From: an uncultured Variovorax sp.
GTDB taxonomy: Bacteria > Pseudomonadota > Gammaproteobacteria > Burkholderiales > Burkholderiaceae_C
Direction: 5' to 3'
DNA length: 64,000 nt
NCBI GenBank assembly: GCA_966095775.1
Contig: CBHTTS010000001.1
Location: forward strand, 4,408 to 68,407
Position 1 is the stretch's first letter. Each line of letters starts with the position of its first letter. The notes below the pieces were generated by a model, which had not been told where the DNA came from, made no database searches, and saw only the letters and a list, made by a program, of their open reading frames with translations. The translations under genes and the position numbers were made by a program. Shown here piece after piece: positions 27,631 through 37,195 of this stretch.

Positions 27631-28203
27631 ATGGACATCTCCGCACTGCCCGCGCGCGAGCGCATCCTGCTCACGGCGCACGCGCTCTTCTATGCCGACG
27701 GCATCCGCGCCACCGGCATCGACCGCGTGATCGCCGCGTCGGGCGTCACGAAGGTCACCTTCTATCGCCACTTCCCGTCGAAGGACGACCTCGTGCGCGC
27801 CTTCCTCGAGCACCGGCACGGGCGCTGGATGGCCTGGTTCGTCGATGCGCTCGGCCGGCTCGGCGCCGAGCGGCGCATCGCCGACGGCCGGGCGCTGCCG
27901 GTGCTCGCCGACGCGATGGCCGAATGGTTCGCCGACCCGGCCTTCCGCGGCTGCGCCTTCATCAACGCCGTGGCCGAGGTGGGCGCGAGCGTCGAAGGCG
28001 CCGCCGGGATCGCGCGCGCGCACAAGCGCGAGATGGTGGAGGTGATCGCCGGCCTGGTGCCCGAGGGGCCCCGGCGCATGGCCATCGCGCAGGCCGCCGC
28101 GCTCGGGGTCGACGGCGCGATCGTGAAGGCGCAGATGGGCGATGCCGCGCTCGCGCGCGAGGCCGTGGACGACCTGCGCCGGCTGCTGCAGGCGCTTGGC
28201 TAA
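27631..28203 (+). CDS. TetR/AcrR family regulator
   Basis: ARERIL, GIRATGID, GVTKVTFYRHFPSKDDL, RGCAFIN. Confidence 0.93.
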   Translation: MDISALPARERILLTAHALFYADGIRATGIDRVIAASGVTKVTFYRHFPSKDDLVRAFLEHRHGRWMAWFVDALGRLGAERRIADGRALPVLADAMAEWFADPAFRGCAFINAVAEVGASVEGAAGIARAHKREMVEVIAGLVPEGPRRMAIAQAAALGVDGAIVKAQMGDAALAREAVDDLRRLLQALG

Positions 28204-28234
28204 CATCGCACGTCCTTCCGCCCCACGCTCCGCC

Positions 28235-29128
28235 ATGGCTTCCTCGCGCCTTCCGTCGACCCAGGGACTGCTCGCCTTCGAGGCGGTGGCGCGGCTGCGC
28301 AGCGTGAACCTCGCGGCCGAGGAGCTCAGCGTCACGCCGAGCGCGGTGAGCCACCGCATCCGGCAACTCGAGTCGCAGCTCGCGCTCAAGTTCTTCTCGG
28401 GCAGCGACTTCAGCCTCAGCGCCGACGGCATGGCCTATCTCGCGCGCGTGCGCGAGGCGATCGCCGCGCTGCAGCAGGTGCCGGGGCGCGAGCCCGCTTC
28501 GCAGGTGCGGCGGCTGCGCGTGGCGGTCACGCCCACCTTCTCGCGCCAGATGCTGCTGCCGCGGCTCGCGCAGTTCCGCGACGCCTATCCGAACATCGAG
28601 CTGATGCTGCAGGTCACGATGCCGGTGCGCAACCTCACGGCCGAGGAGGCCGACCTCGAGCTGCGCTTCGGCGCCGGCCCGTTCCACGACCGCGAGTTCT
28701 GCCAGCTGCTCGCGGACGAGGTGTCGCCGGCCTGCAGCCCGGCCTACCTGCAGCGCCACGGCCCGTTCGAGGGCTTCGCGACCGAGGCCGAGATCGCGCG
28801 CGCGCAGCTGCTGCGCACGCCCCTGGAGGCCTGGCGCATCTGGTTCAAGGCCTGCGGCATCGGCCTGCCCGAGCCCGCGACGGGCCACCAGTTCAACGAC
28901 CTCGGGCTCGCGCTCGACGCCGCGGCCGAGGACTTCGGCGTGGTGCTGATGCACCTGCGCCTCGGCCGGGCCTGGCTCGAGAGCGGCCGGCTGGTGCTGC
29001 TGTCGCCGCGCAGCGTGCCCTCGCCCAATGCCTACTTCCTCTGCTGGCGGCCGGGCGCGATGGAGCGCTGGGAATGCGCCACCTTCGTCGAATGGCTGCG
29101 CCGCGCGCTGCGCGAGGACCCCGCCTGA
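28235..29128 (+). CDS. LysR family regulator (GcvA-like)
   Basis: FEAVARL.S..LAAEELSVTPSAVSHRIRQLE. Confidence 0.93.
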   Translation: MASSRLPSTQGLLAFEAVARLRSVNLAAEELSVTPSAVSHRIRQLESQLALKFFSGSDFSLSADGMAYLARVREAIAALQQVPGREPASQVRRLRVAVTPTFSRQMLLPRLAQFRDAYPNIELMLQVTMPVRNLTAEEADLELRFGAGPFHDREFCQLLADEVSPACSPAYLQRHGPFEGFATEAEIARAQLLRTPLEAWRIWFKACGIGLPEPATGHQFNDLGLALDAAAEDFGVVLMHLRLGRAWLESGRLVLLSPRSVPSPNAYFLCWRPGAMERWECATFVEWLRRALREDPA

Positions 29129-29270
29129 ATTCTTTTCAGGCCGGCCGCGGCCAATTTTCAGGTCGGCGCGGCCGCCGCCCGCCACACTCGGCCGGGGCGC
29201 GGCCTGCCCATAATGGCGCGCCCGGCCATCCGGCCCGAACACCCCCAGCGATCCTCCGAGGAGACAAGCC

Positions 29271-30428
29271 TTGCCCGACCTTTCCAAGATCACCCACATC
29301 GACGACCTGCGGGTGATCGCCAAGCGGCGCGTGCCGAAGATGTTCTACGACTACGCCGATTCCGGCGCCTGGACCGAGGGCACCTACCGCGCCAACGAGA
29401 GCGACTTCCAGAAAATCTTGCTGCGCCAGCGCGTGGCCGTGAACATGGAGGGCCGCACCACGCGCACCACCATGGTCGGGCAGGAGGTCGCGATGCCGGT
29501 GGCGATCGCGCCCACCGGCCTCACGGGCATGCAGCACGCCGACGGCGAGATCCTCGGCGCGCGCGCGGCCAAGGCATTCGGCATCCCGTTCACGCTCTCG
29601 ACCATGAGCATCTGCTCGCTCGAGGACATCGCCGAGCACACCGGGCGGCATCCGTTCTGGTTCCAGCTCTACGTGATGAAGGACCGCGACTTCATCGAAC
29701 GCCTGATCGAGCGCGCGCGCGCCGCCAACGTCTCGGCGCTGCAGCTCACGCTCGACCTGCAGATCCTCGGCCAGCGCCACAAGGACATCAAGAACGGCCT
29801 CACGGCGCCGCCCAAGCCGACGCTCAGGAACCTCATGAACCTCGCGACCAAGCCGCGCTGGTGCATGGGCATGCTCGGCACGAAGCGCCGCACCTTCGGC
29901 AACATCGCGGGCCATGCCAAGGGCGTGAAGGACCTGTCCTCGCTCTCGTCGTGGACCGCCGAGCAGTTCGACCCCGCGCTCAGCTGGGCCGACGTGGAAT
30001 GGATCAAGAAGCGCTGGGGCGGCAAGCTGATCCTCAAGGGCATCATGGACGTGGAGGACGCGCGCCTCGCGGCCGCGAGCGGCGCCGACGCGCTGATCGT
30101 CTCGAACCATGGCGGACGCCAGCTCGACGGCGCGCCCTCCTCGATCGCGGCGCTGCCCGCGATCGTCGATGCCGTGGGCCGCGAGATCGAGGTCTGGATG
30201 GACGGCGGCATCCGCAGCGGCCAGGACGTGCTCAAGGCGCGCGCGCTGGGCGCCCGCGGCACGCTGATCGGCCGCAGCTTCCTCTACGGCCTCGGCGCCT
30301 TCGGCGAGGCGGGCGTGACGCGCGCGCTCCAGATCATCCACAAGGAACTCGATATCACGATGGCCTTCTGCGGCCGCACCGACATCGAGACCGTGGATTC
30401 GAGCATCCTGCTGCCGGGCACGTTCTAA
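29271..30428 (+). CDS. lldD: FMN-dependent alpha-hydroxy acid dehydrogenase (L-lactate dehydrogenase-like), TTG start
   Basis: GAGGAG RBS; FYDYADSG, IAPTG, WFQLY, LKGI, SNHGGRQLDG, DGGIRSG. Confidence 0.85.
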   Translation: MPDLSKITHIDDLRVIAKRRVPKMFYDYADSGAWTEGTYRANESDFQKILLRQRVAVNMEGRTTRTTMVGQEVAMPVAIAPTGLTGMQHADGEILGARAAKAFGIPFTLSTMSICSLEDIAEHTGRHPFWFQLYVMKDRDFIERLIERARAANVSALQLTLDLQILGQRHKDIKNGLTAPPKPTLRNLMNLATKPRWCMGMLGTKRRTFGNIAGHAKGVKDLSSLSSWTAEQFDPALSWADVEWIKKRWGGKLILKGIMDVEDARLAAASGADALIVSNHGGRQLDGAPSSIAALPAIVDAVGREIEVWMDGGIRSGQDVLKARALGARGTLIGRSFLYGLGAFGEAGVTRALQIIHKELDITMAFCGRTDIETVDSSILLPGTF

Positions 30429-30490
30429 GCCCCCTGGCCGAGCAGGCTTGAGGCGCCGGCTGACAGCAGGCGGCGCCGCGCCTGGGGACA

Positions 30491-30509
30491 ATGTTGTATC
30501 CAACAACAT
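30491..30509. promoter_or_regulatory. Palindromic operator (GntR-like) upstream of the MFS gene
   Basis: ATGTTGT-ATCCA-ACAACAT. Confidence 0.55.
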
Positions 30510-30533
30510 CGCCTCCACGGCGGCAAGATCACC

Positions 30534-31880
30534 ATGAGCGCAGTCCAGCCTGGCGCGGGAGGCCCGTCGGCCGCCGCGGCATCCTCTCCCGTTCCCCCCA
30601 TCCAGTACACGCCCGAGGAGAAGCGCCACCGCGTCTTCTCCATCATGGCGGCCTCGTCGGGCAACCTGGTCGAGTGGTTCGACTTCTACGTCTACGCCTT
30701 CTCGGCGCTGTACTTCGCCTCGTCCTTCTTCCCCAAGTCCGACCCCACGGTGCAGCTGCTCAACACCGCGGGCGTGTTCGCGGCCGGCTTCCTGATGCGG
30801 CCGATCGGCGGCTGGCTGTTCGGCCGCATCGCCGACAAGGTGGGGCGCAAGACCTCGATGCTGATCTCGGTGACGATGATGTGCGGCGGCTCGCTGGTCA
30901 TCGCCTTCCTGCCGACCTATGCCCAGATCGGCGCCTGGGCGCCGTTCCTGCTGCTCGTGTGCCGGCTGTTCCAGGGCCTGTCGGTGGGCGGCGAATACGG
31001 CACCACCGCCACCTACATGAGCGAGGTCGCGCTGCGCGGCCAGCGCGGCTTCTACTCGTCGTTCCAGTACGTCACGCTGATCGGCGGGCAGCTGCTCGCG
31101 GTGCTCGTGATCGTGGTGCTCGAGCAGCTGCTCACCGAGGCCGAGCTCAAGGCCTGGGGCTGGCGCATCCCGTTCGTGATCGGCGCCGTGGCCGCGGTGG
31201 TGGCGCTGCTGCTGCGCCGCACGCTGCACGAGACGCAGAGCGCCGAGGCCAAGGCCAACAAGGAGGCCGGCACCATCGGCGGCCTGTTCAGGCACCACAT
31301 GCCGGCCTTCCTCACGGTGCTCGGCTACACGGCCGGCGGCTCGCTGATCTTCTACACCTTCACCACCTACATGCAGAAGTACCTGGTGAACACGGTGCAC
31401 CTGCCGATCAAGACCGCGAGCTACGTGATGACCGGCGCGCTGTTCGTCTACATGTGCATGCAGCCGGTGTTCGGCGCGCTGTCGGACCGCATCGGCCGGC
31501 GCAACAACATGCTGCTGTTCGGCGGCCTGGGCGCGCTCGCGACGGTGCCGATCCTCACCGCCCTGCAGCACACCACGAGCCCCGTGCTCGCGTTCGTGCT
31601 GATCATCGTCGCCCTCGCGATCGTGAGCTTCTACACCTCGATCAGCGGCATCGTGAAGGCCGAGATGTTCCCGCCGGAGGTGCGCGCGCTCGGCGTGGGC
31701 CTCGCGTACGCGGTGGCCAACGCGATCTTCGGCGGCTCGGCCGAGTACGTGGCGCTGGGCCTGAAGGCGCTCGGCCACGAATCGGCCTTCTTCTGGTACG
31801 TGAGCGCGATGATGGTCGTGGCCTTCCTCGTGAGCCTCAGGCTGCCGCGGCAGGCGAGCTACCTGCACCACGACCATTGA
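30534..31880 (+). CDS. kgtP: MFS alpha-ketoglutarate permease-like transporter
   Basis: [54 protein letters not shown]. Confidence 0.8.
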   Translation: MSAVQPGAGGPSAAAASSPVPPIQYTPEEKRHRVFSIMAASSGNLVEWFDFYVYAFSALYFASSFFPKSDPTVQLLNTAGVFAAGFLMRPIGGWLFGRIADKVGRKTSMLISVTMMCGGSLVIAFLPTYAQIGAWAPFLLLVCRLFQGLSVGGEYGTTATYMSEVALRGQRGFYSSFQYVTLIGGQLLAVLVIVVLEQLLTEAELKAWGWRIPFVIGAVAAVVALLLRRTLHETQSAEAKANKEAGTIGGLFRHHMPAFLTVLGYTAGGSLIFYTFTTYMQKYLVNTVHLPIKTASYVMTGALFVYMCMQPVFGALSDRIGRRNNMLLFGGLGALATVPILTALQHTTSPVLAFVLIIVALAIVSFYTSISGIVKAEMFPPEVRALGVGLAYAVANAIFGGSAEYVALGLKALGHESAFFWYVSAMMVVAFLVSLRLPRQASYLHHDH

Positions 31881-31911
31881 GGAGGGGCGCCGTCGCGCGC
31901 CCTGCCCCCGC

Positions 31912-32910
31912 TCAATCGGCGTAGACGCCCGCCGCCTTGATGATCGGGCTCCATTTCGCGATCTCGGCCGCCACGAATTTGCGGTGGCCTTCGGGCTCGA
32001 TGCGGCCGTCGGCCGCGACCACGGCGCCCAGTCCTTCCTCGCGCTTGATGAAGTCGGCGTCCTTGAGCGCCGCCTTGAGCGCCTCGTTGAGCTTCCTGAG
32101 CACCGGCGCGGGCGTGCCCTTGGGCGCGTAGAGGCCGTGCCAGATCGTGACCTGGAAGTTCTTCAAGCCGGCCTCGTCGAGCGTGGGCAGGTCCTTCAGC
32201 AGCGCCATGGTCAGGCGCCTGGGCGTGGTGACCGCATAGGCCTTGACCTTCTTCGCCTCGATCTGCGGCGAGGTGTTGGTGGTCTGGTCGCACAGCAGGT
32301 CGATCTGGCCGCCGATCAGGTCGGTGATCGCGGGCGCCGTGCCCTTGTACGGCACGGACGTCATCTCGGTCTTCATCGCGCTCTGGTAGAGCAGGCCGCA
32401 CAGGTGCGAGGCCGAGCCCACGCCTGCGTTGCCGATGTTGATCTTCCCCTTGTTCGCGCCGACCCACGCGGCGAGCTCGGCGTAGTTGGCGGCCGGCAGG
32501 CTGGGCCTGGCGATCAGCGTCATCGGCACGTCGTTGACGATGCCGAGGTACTCGAAGTCGGTCTCGACCTTGAACGGCACGTTGCGCACCAGTGTGGGCA
32601 CGGTCGCCATCGCGATGTGGTTGAGCAGGAGCGTGTAGCCGTCCGGCGCCGCGCGCGCCACCTTGGCGGCGCCGATCGAGCTGCCCGCGCCGGGCACGTT
32701 GTCGACGATCACGCTGGCGCCGCCCAGCGGCTTGCGCAGCGCCTCGGCGAGGTCGCGCGCCACGCGATCGGTGGGGCCGCCGGCCGCGAAGGGCACGACG
32801 ATGGTGACGGGCTTGCCCGCCGGGAAGTCCTGCTGCGCCCGTGCGGGCAGCACGCAGGCGGTGGCCGCCGCGGCGAGGGCGACGGCGAGGGAGGCGAAAC
32901 GCTGGGTCAT
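31912..32910 (-). CDS. Bug/TctC substrate-binding protein
   Basis: VPFAAGGPTD, DNVPGAG, APDGYT, VPYKGTAPA, CDQTTN. Confidence 0.93.
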   Translation of the reverse strand: MTQRFASLAVALAAAATACVLPARAQQDFPAGKPVTIVVPFAAGGPTDRVARDLAEALRKPLGGASVIVDNVPGAGSSIGAAKVARAAPDGYTLLLNHIAMATVPTLVRNVPFKVETDFEYLGIVNDVPMTLIARPSLPAANYAELAAWVGANKGKINIGNAGVGSASHLCGLLYQSAMKTEMTSVPYKGTAPAITDLIGGQIDLLCDQTTNTSPQIEAKKVKAYAVTTPRRLTMALLKDLPTLDEAGLKNFQVTIWHGLYAPKGTPAPVLRKLNEALKAALKDADFIKREEGLGAVVAADGRIEPEGHRKFVAAEIAKWSPIIKAAGVYAD

Positions 32911-32942
32911 GGAATCTCCGGTGATGAAAACATGGGCGGGGT

Positions 32943-34310
32943 TCAGGGCGCGCGCACGGGCACGCGGCTCTCGAGCGCCGGCGGTTGCCATTCGGGACGG
33001 ATGTGGCAGCCGTTCTTTCCGTCGCTGTCGTAGCGCGGCCGCAACTCGGCGCAGCGCGCGGCGAGCCCCTCGGGCGTGGGCTTCTCGCCCTTGTCGATCC
33101 AGTCGAGCAGCGCATCGAACAGCGCCGGGTATTCCGGATCGCTCAGGTAGCTGTGCTCGCGCTCGGCGCTGAAGCTCTGCACCAGCAGGTCGCCGGTGCC
33201 CGCGGCGTCGCGGATGCGGCGGTAGGCGCCTTCGAGCTCGACGAAGGCCGTGGGGTCGTCGATCGCATGCAGGCTCACGGTCGGCAGCGCGGTGCGGCCG
33301 GTGGGCCGGCTGTCGGCGGCGAGCGCGCCCTGGGCCTGCGGGTCGGCCGCGTAGCGCGCCACGCCTGCGTTGAGCGCCGCCGCCTCGGCCGGCGCCGCGG
33401 CATAGCTCACGCCGACGTTGCCGAAGGGATTGCGGCCGTCGAGGCGCAGCTGCACCAGGTCCTGGAACAGCCAGGTGGCCCAGTTCAGGTGGCCCACGAG
33501 CGAACGCTCGGGGATCTTCACCGCCGTGAGGATGGTCTTGAGCCGCGCCGCCTGCTCGGGCGAGCGCTGCGCGGCCGGCAGGCCCACGCCGGTGCACTCG
33601 CGCACGCGCTCGGCCAGTTCCTTGCGCGTGAGCTTCGACGCCATCGGCAGCCCCTGCCACAGCGGGTACTGCGGCTCGTCGGGGCGCGGATGGTTGCGGC
33701 AGACGTACTGGTAGACCACGCGCAGGTCGAGCCGGAACTCGTAGGCGCTGTTGCCGCCGCCGAGCACGCCGCTGGTGAGCAGCAGCCCGTCGTAGGGGCC
33801 CTTGGCGCCGCCCGCGGGCGCATAGAGCTCGGCCGCTTTCGCCGCCACGCCGGCGCCGTAGCTCTGCCCGTGCAGCAGCGTGCGGCGCGGCTGGCCGAAG
33901 TGGCGCACGACGATGCGGCGCAGGCGCTCGGTGTCCTCGGCCGCCATGGTCACGCCGTAGCCGCCGCGCCGGTAGGTCGAGCCGGCCCAGGCATGGCCGG
34001 CCTTCACCGTGATGGCCCAGCGCTTGAGGTCCTCCTCGCTGCGCGAGAGCTTGGGCGGGCCGGTCTCGGGACCGCCGTGCGCGTGCATCACGAGCACGTT
34101 GCGGTTCCAGTCCTTCGGGATCGCGATCCAGTAGAAGGCGCCTGCGCCGTCGGCGCCGGTGTAGCAGCGCGCGCTCTCGGGCACCGGCTGCGGGCAGGCG
34201 GCGGGCCGGGGCGCGGTGGGCGCCGCGGCCTGGACCGCCGCACCGGCGCAGGCCAGTGCGAGCGCCAGCGCCAGCCGCGCCGGGGGGAGAAGGAAGTGCC
34301 TGTTGTTCAT
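32943..34310 (-). CDS. Secreted alpha/beta hydrolase of unknown specificity
   Basis: Sec signal (…GAAVQA); HAHGG; GQSYG nucleophile elbow; candidate Asp (HAIDDP) and His (REHSY). Confidence 0.75.
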   Translation of the reverse strand: MNNRHFLLPPARLALALALACAGAAVQAAAPTAPRPAACPQPVPESARCYTGADGAGAFYWIAIPKDWNRNVLVMHAHGGPETGPPKLSRSEEDLKRWAITVKAGHAWAGSTYRRGGYGVTMAAEDTERLRRIVVRHFGQPRRTLLHGQSYGAGVAAKAAELYAPAGGAKGPYDGLLLTSGVLGGGNSAYEFRLDLRVVYQYVCRNHPRPDEPQYPLWQGLPMASKLTRKELAERVRECTGVGLPAAQRSPEQAARLKTILTAVKIPERSLVGHLNWATWLFQDLVQLRLDGRNPFGNVGVSYAAAPAEAAALNAGVARYAADPQAQGALAADSRPTGRTALPTVSLHAIDDPTAFVELEGAYRRIRDAAGTGDLLVQSFSAEREHSYLSDPEYPALFDALLDWIDKGEKPTPEGLAARCAELRPRYDSDGKNGCHIRPEWQPPALESRVPVRAP

Positions 34311-34312
34311 CG

Positions 34313-37063
34313 TCAATGCCTCACGCCGATTTCGAGCGCCGCGTTCGTGCCGCTGGTGGTCACGAATCCGAGGACGCCGCTGTTGAAGATCCAGTGGCCG
34401 GGCCGGCCCGCATCGGCCTGCGCCACGCCGGGCACCGGCGTGTCGTAGGCCAGCGCCGCGGCCGCGCCGCGCAGGTCGAAGCTCGCGCCGGCCACGCTCG
34501 CCTCGCCGGCCTGCCCCGCCACGTTCGCCACCGCATAGCTGCCGTCGGCCGTGCCGGCGGCGAGGCTCTGCTGCGTCGCGTAGAGCCGCAGGCCGAAGGC
34601 GGTGGCCGATTCGCGCACCAGGTGCAGCGGCAGCGCGGCGCCGTTGACGAGGCCGATCACCATCGAGCCCGTGAGCGTGCCGCCGGTGGTGGTGGCGCCG
34701 CCGGTCGGCGCGGTGGTGCGCAGGTCGAAGGCGCCGCGCGCCGTGTTGTAGCTGATGTAGCCCTTCTCGGTGTCGGTGCAGGCCGCGTCGTAGACCATGA
34801 AGCTGCCCGCGTTGCGGCAGTACTGGAAGGTGCCCGCGTTGCGCAGCCGCACCGCGCCCGCGAAGGCCGCCGCGCTGCCGCCGCCCTGCTGCACGCCGAC
34901 CGCGTTGAAGACGTTGGCGACCGGGTTGAAGACCGTGGGCGAGGCCGTGTTCTCGAAGGTGTTCTGGAACGCGACGAGCGGCGCGAAGCCGCCGCCCGCG
35001 GGTGCGTTCACGCCGCCCAGCAGCACGCCGCCGGCCGCGAAGGTGAACACCGCGCCGCTCTCGGCGCTCGCGTAGCTGCACTGCCCCTGCGACACCAGGG
35101 TGCCGCTGCGCGTGGTGCCGGCGGCCCGCTGCAGGCTGGCGTCGATGGTGACGGTGTAGGCCATGGTGGCGGGGTCGATCGCGACGCGAAGCTCTTCGCC
35201 GAAGCTGTCGCCGCCCTTGTAGCTGGTCGCCGCCGCGGGCAGGTTCGGGCAGGCGAGCGGATCGCCGACCTCGGTCACGCAGCTGTAGTTGACGGCCGCG
35301 TCGAGGCTGCCGCTGCCGCGGTACTTGGGCCAGGCCGGATAGCGGCACAGCGGCCGCGTGCGCCCGTAGGTGCCCGCCACCGCGTCGACCGCGATGCCGG
35401 TGGCCGGCGCGAGCCCCTGCTCGGCCCAGCCCTCGAGCGCGGCGAGCGAGTCCCAGTTGGGAATGAACACGCCCGTGCCGTGGCCCATGCCCGGCACGGT
35501 GTAGAAGCGCACGCTCTCGTCGACCGCGGCCTGGCCGAGCGTGGTCACGAGCTGCCGGTAGTAGTCGATGGTGGAGTTCGGGCTGATCACCTCGTCGGCC
35601 AGGCCATGCAGCATGATCAGCTTGCCGCCGTGGGCGAAGAAGGGCGCGAGGTTCGGGTCGGTGGCATCGGTGAGCCGCGAAACCTCGGTCACGCGCGCGG
35701 TGTACATGCCCGGGTCGAGCGGATCGAAGCCGAGCGTGTCGAAGCCGGCGTCGCGCGTGACGAAGTACTTCACCCACTGGTCGCCCGTGACGTACATGTT
35801 GGCGTCGGCCGAGGTCGCGGGGTTGCCCGGCACACGCCGCGTGCCGAGGTCGCGCGTGGTGTAGGGCCCCGCGACGAGCGCGCCTTCGAGCAGGTTGTAG
35901 CCCCCCGCGCGCTTCACGCCGTTGGCGAGCGCATAGCCGGTGAACTCGAGCGGCGACTCGATGGCGCGCACGGTCGCGAGCTGCGCGTCCGACAGGCAGG
36001 TGTCGCCGTTGTCGGTGCCGCCGCTGCAGCGCAGCGAGGCGAGGATCTGCGTGTTGAGCTGGCGGCAGCTCTCGACGTTGCTCACGATGCCGTCGGCCGC
36101 GCCGTCGAGCCTGTCGCAGGCCTGCAGCGCCGCCTTCTGCACCAGCAGCGTCTTGGCCACGTTCATCCAGCCCGCCCCGCCGTTGGCGTAGAGCGCGCGG
36201 CCCACGGCCACGTTCGACAGCCGCGTGCCGGTGTAGTTGAGCGCCGGCTCGTTGGCAATCACGCCGTCGTAGTCGAGCGGCCAGCGCTGGATGTAGCCGA
36301 GCGCGTCGCGCCCGCCGGTCGAGGTGCCGAGGAAGTAGGCCTTCGCCGGCTTCATGCCGTAGTGCGCGCGCACCAGCGCCTGCGCCACGTCGCGCGTCTT
36401 CTTGAGCGCGAGGCCGCCGTAGTTGGCGAGCTGCTCGTCGTTGGCCGCGAAGCGCCCGTCGGTGATGCTGCTCGACTGGTGGCCCGAGTCGTCGCCGTAG
36501 GTGGCGTAGCCGAGCGCGAGCGGCGCGGGCTTGCCGGCCGGGCCGAAGCGCAGCGTCTCGGTGCCGTCGATCAGCACACCGTCGAAGCCGCCGCCGCCGA
36601 AGTGGATGGTCTTGCGGTTCCACTGCTCGGGCAGGTTGAGCGCGAACTGGATGGACTGCGCGTTCGGATCCACGGAGACGATGGTGCCGCGCACGCGGCA
36701 GTAGGCGCCGAACGCGTTGCCGGGCTCGCCGGCCGCCACCGCCGTGGCGCTGGTCACGGTCGCGCCCTGCGTGGGCAGGCCGATGGCCGAGGCGGGCAGG
36801 CTCATGCCCGCGAGCTCCGCGCACGCGAGCCGCGGCGCCACGGGCGGCGGCGGGTTGTCGGGTGGGTCGTCGGACGGCGGGTTGCCCTGGCCCGCGGGCG
36901 GCGCGGGCGGCAGGAAGAAGCCGCCGCCCCCTCCTTCGCCGCCCCCGCCGCCGCAGGCGGCCAGCAGCAGCGAAAGGCCGATCGCCGCGCCGACCGGGCG
37001 GCAGGCGCGAAGCAGCGTGATCGTCGTCGTCTTCGAGGACGCGGGGAAGCGCGGTGGGCGCAT
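34313..37063 (-). CDS. Tannase/feruloyl esterase family lipoprotein with ~315-aa extra C-terminal domain
   Basis: Lipobox LLAAC followed by Gly/Pro linker; GGGGFDG, GTSTGGR, YDGVIA, CD.LDG, HGLADEVI, PGMGHG, RTRPLC.YP. Confidence 0.88.
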   Translation of the reverse strand: MRPPRFPASSKTTTITLLRACRPVGAAIGLSLLLAACGGGGGEGGGGGFFLPPAPPAGQGNPPSDDPPDNPPPPVAPRLACAELAGMSLPASAIGLPTQGATVTSATAVAAGEPGNAFGAYCRVRGTIVSVDPNAQSIQFALNLPEQWNRKTIHFGGGGFDGVLIDGTETLRFGPAGKPAPLALGYATYGDDSGHQSSSITDGRFAANDEQLANYGGLALKKTRDVAQALVRAHYGMKPAKAYFLGTSTGGRDALGYIQRWPLDYDGVIANEPALNYTGTRLSNVAVGRALYANGGAGWMNVAKTLLVQKAALQACDRLDGAADGIVSNVESCRQLNTQILASLRCSGGTDNGDTCLSDAQLATVRAIESPLEFTGYALANGVKRAGGYNLLEGALVAGPYTTRDLGTRRVPGNPATSADANMYVTGDQWVKYFVTRDAGFDTLGFDPLDPGMYTARVTEVSRLTDATDPNLAPFFAHGGKLIMLHGLADEVISPNSTIDYYRQLVTTLGQAAVDESVRFYTVPGMGHGTGVFIPNWDSLAALEGWAEQGLAPATGIAVDAVAGTYGRTRPLCRYPAWPKYRGSGSLDAAVNYSCVTEVGDPLACPNLPAAATSYKGGDSFGEELRVAIDPATMAYTVTIDASLQRAAGTTRSGTLVSQGQCSYASAESGAVFTFAAGGVLLGGVNAPAGGGFAPLVAFQNTFENTASPTVFNPVANVFNAVGVQQGGGSAAAFAGAVRLRNAGTFQYCRNAGSFMVYDAACTDTEKGYISYNTARGAFDLRTTAPTGGATTTGGTLTGSMVIGLVNGAALPLHLVRESATAFGLRLYATQQSLAAGTADGSYAVANVAGQAGEASVAGASFDLRGAAAALAYDTPVPGVAQADAGRPGHWIFNSGVLGFVTTSGTNAALEIGVRH

Positions 37064-37168
37064 GGACTTGTCTCCGGCATGCGGCCTCGGAGGGCCGCTC
37101 ATTGAACAGGCGGCCGGACGATAGTTTCGGAGTGACCTCGGGTCAAATAAAATAAAGAGGCCTATTCA

Positions 37169-37183
37169 ATATAAAAAACATAT
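37169..37183. promoter_or_regulatory. LysR recognition box in an AT-rich divergent promoter
   Basis: ATAT-AAAAAAC-ATAT (T-N11-A). Confidence 0.55.
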
Positions 37184-37195
37184 GAGAGACATCGG

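Noticed and set aside
32943-36824. 1293-aa ORF suggesting a tannase-hydrolase fusion or frameshift
   Set aside because: The upstream part is an off-frame read-through of the tannase gene. The hydrolase has its own ATG at 34310 and signal peptide, and the tannase has its own stop.
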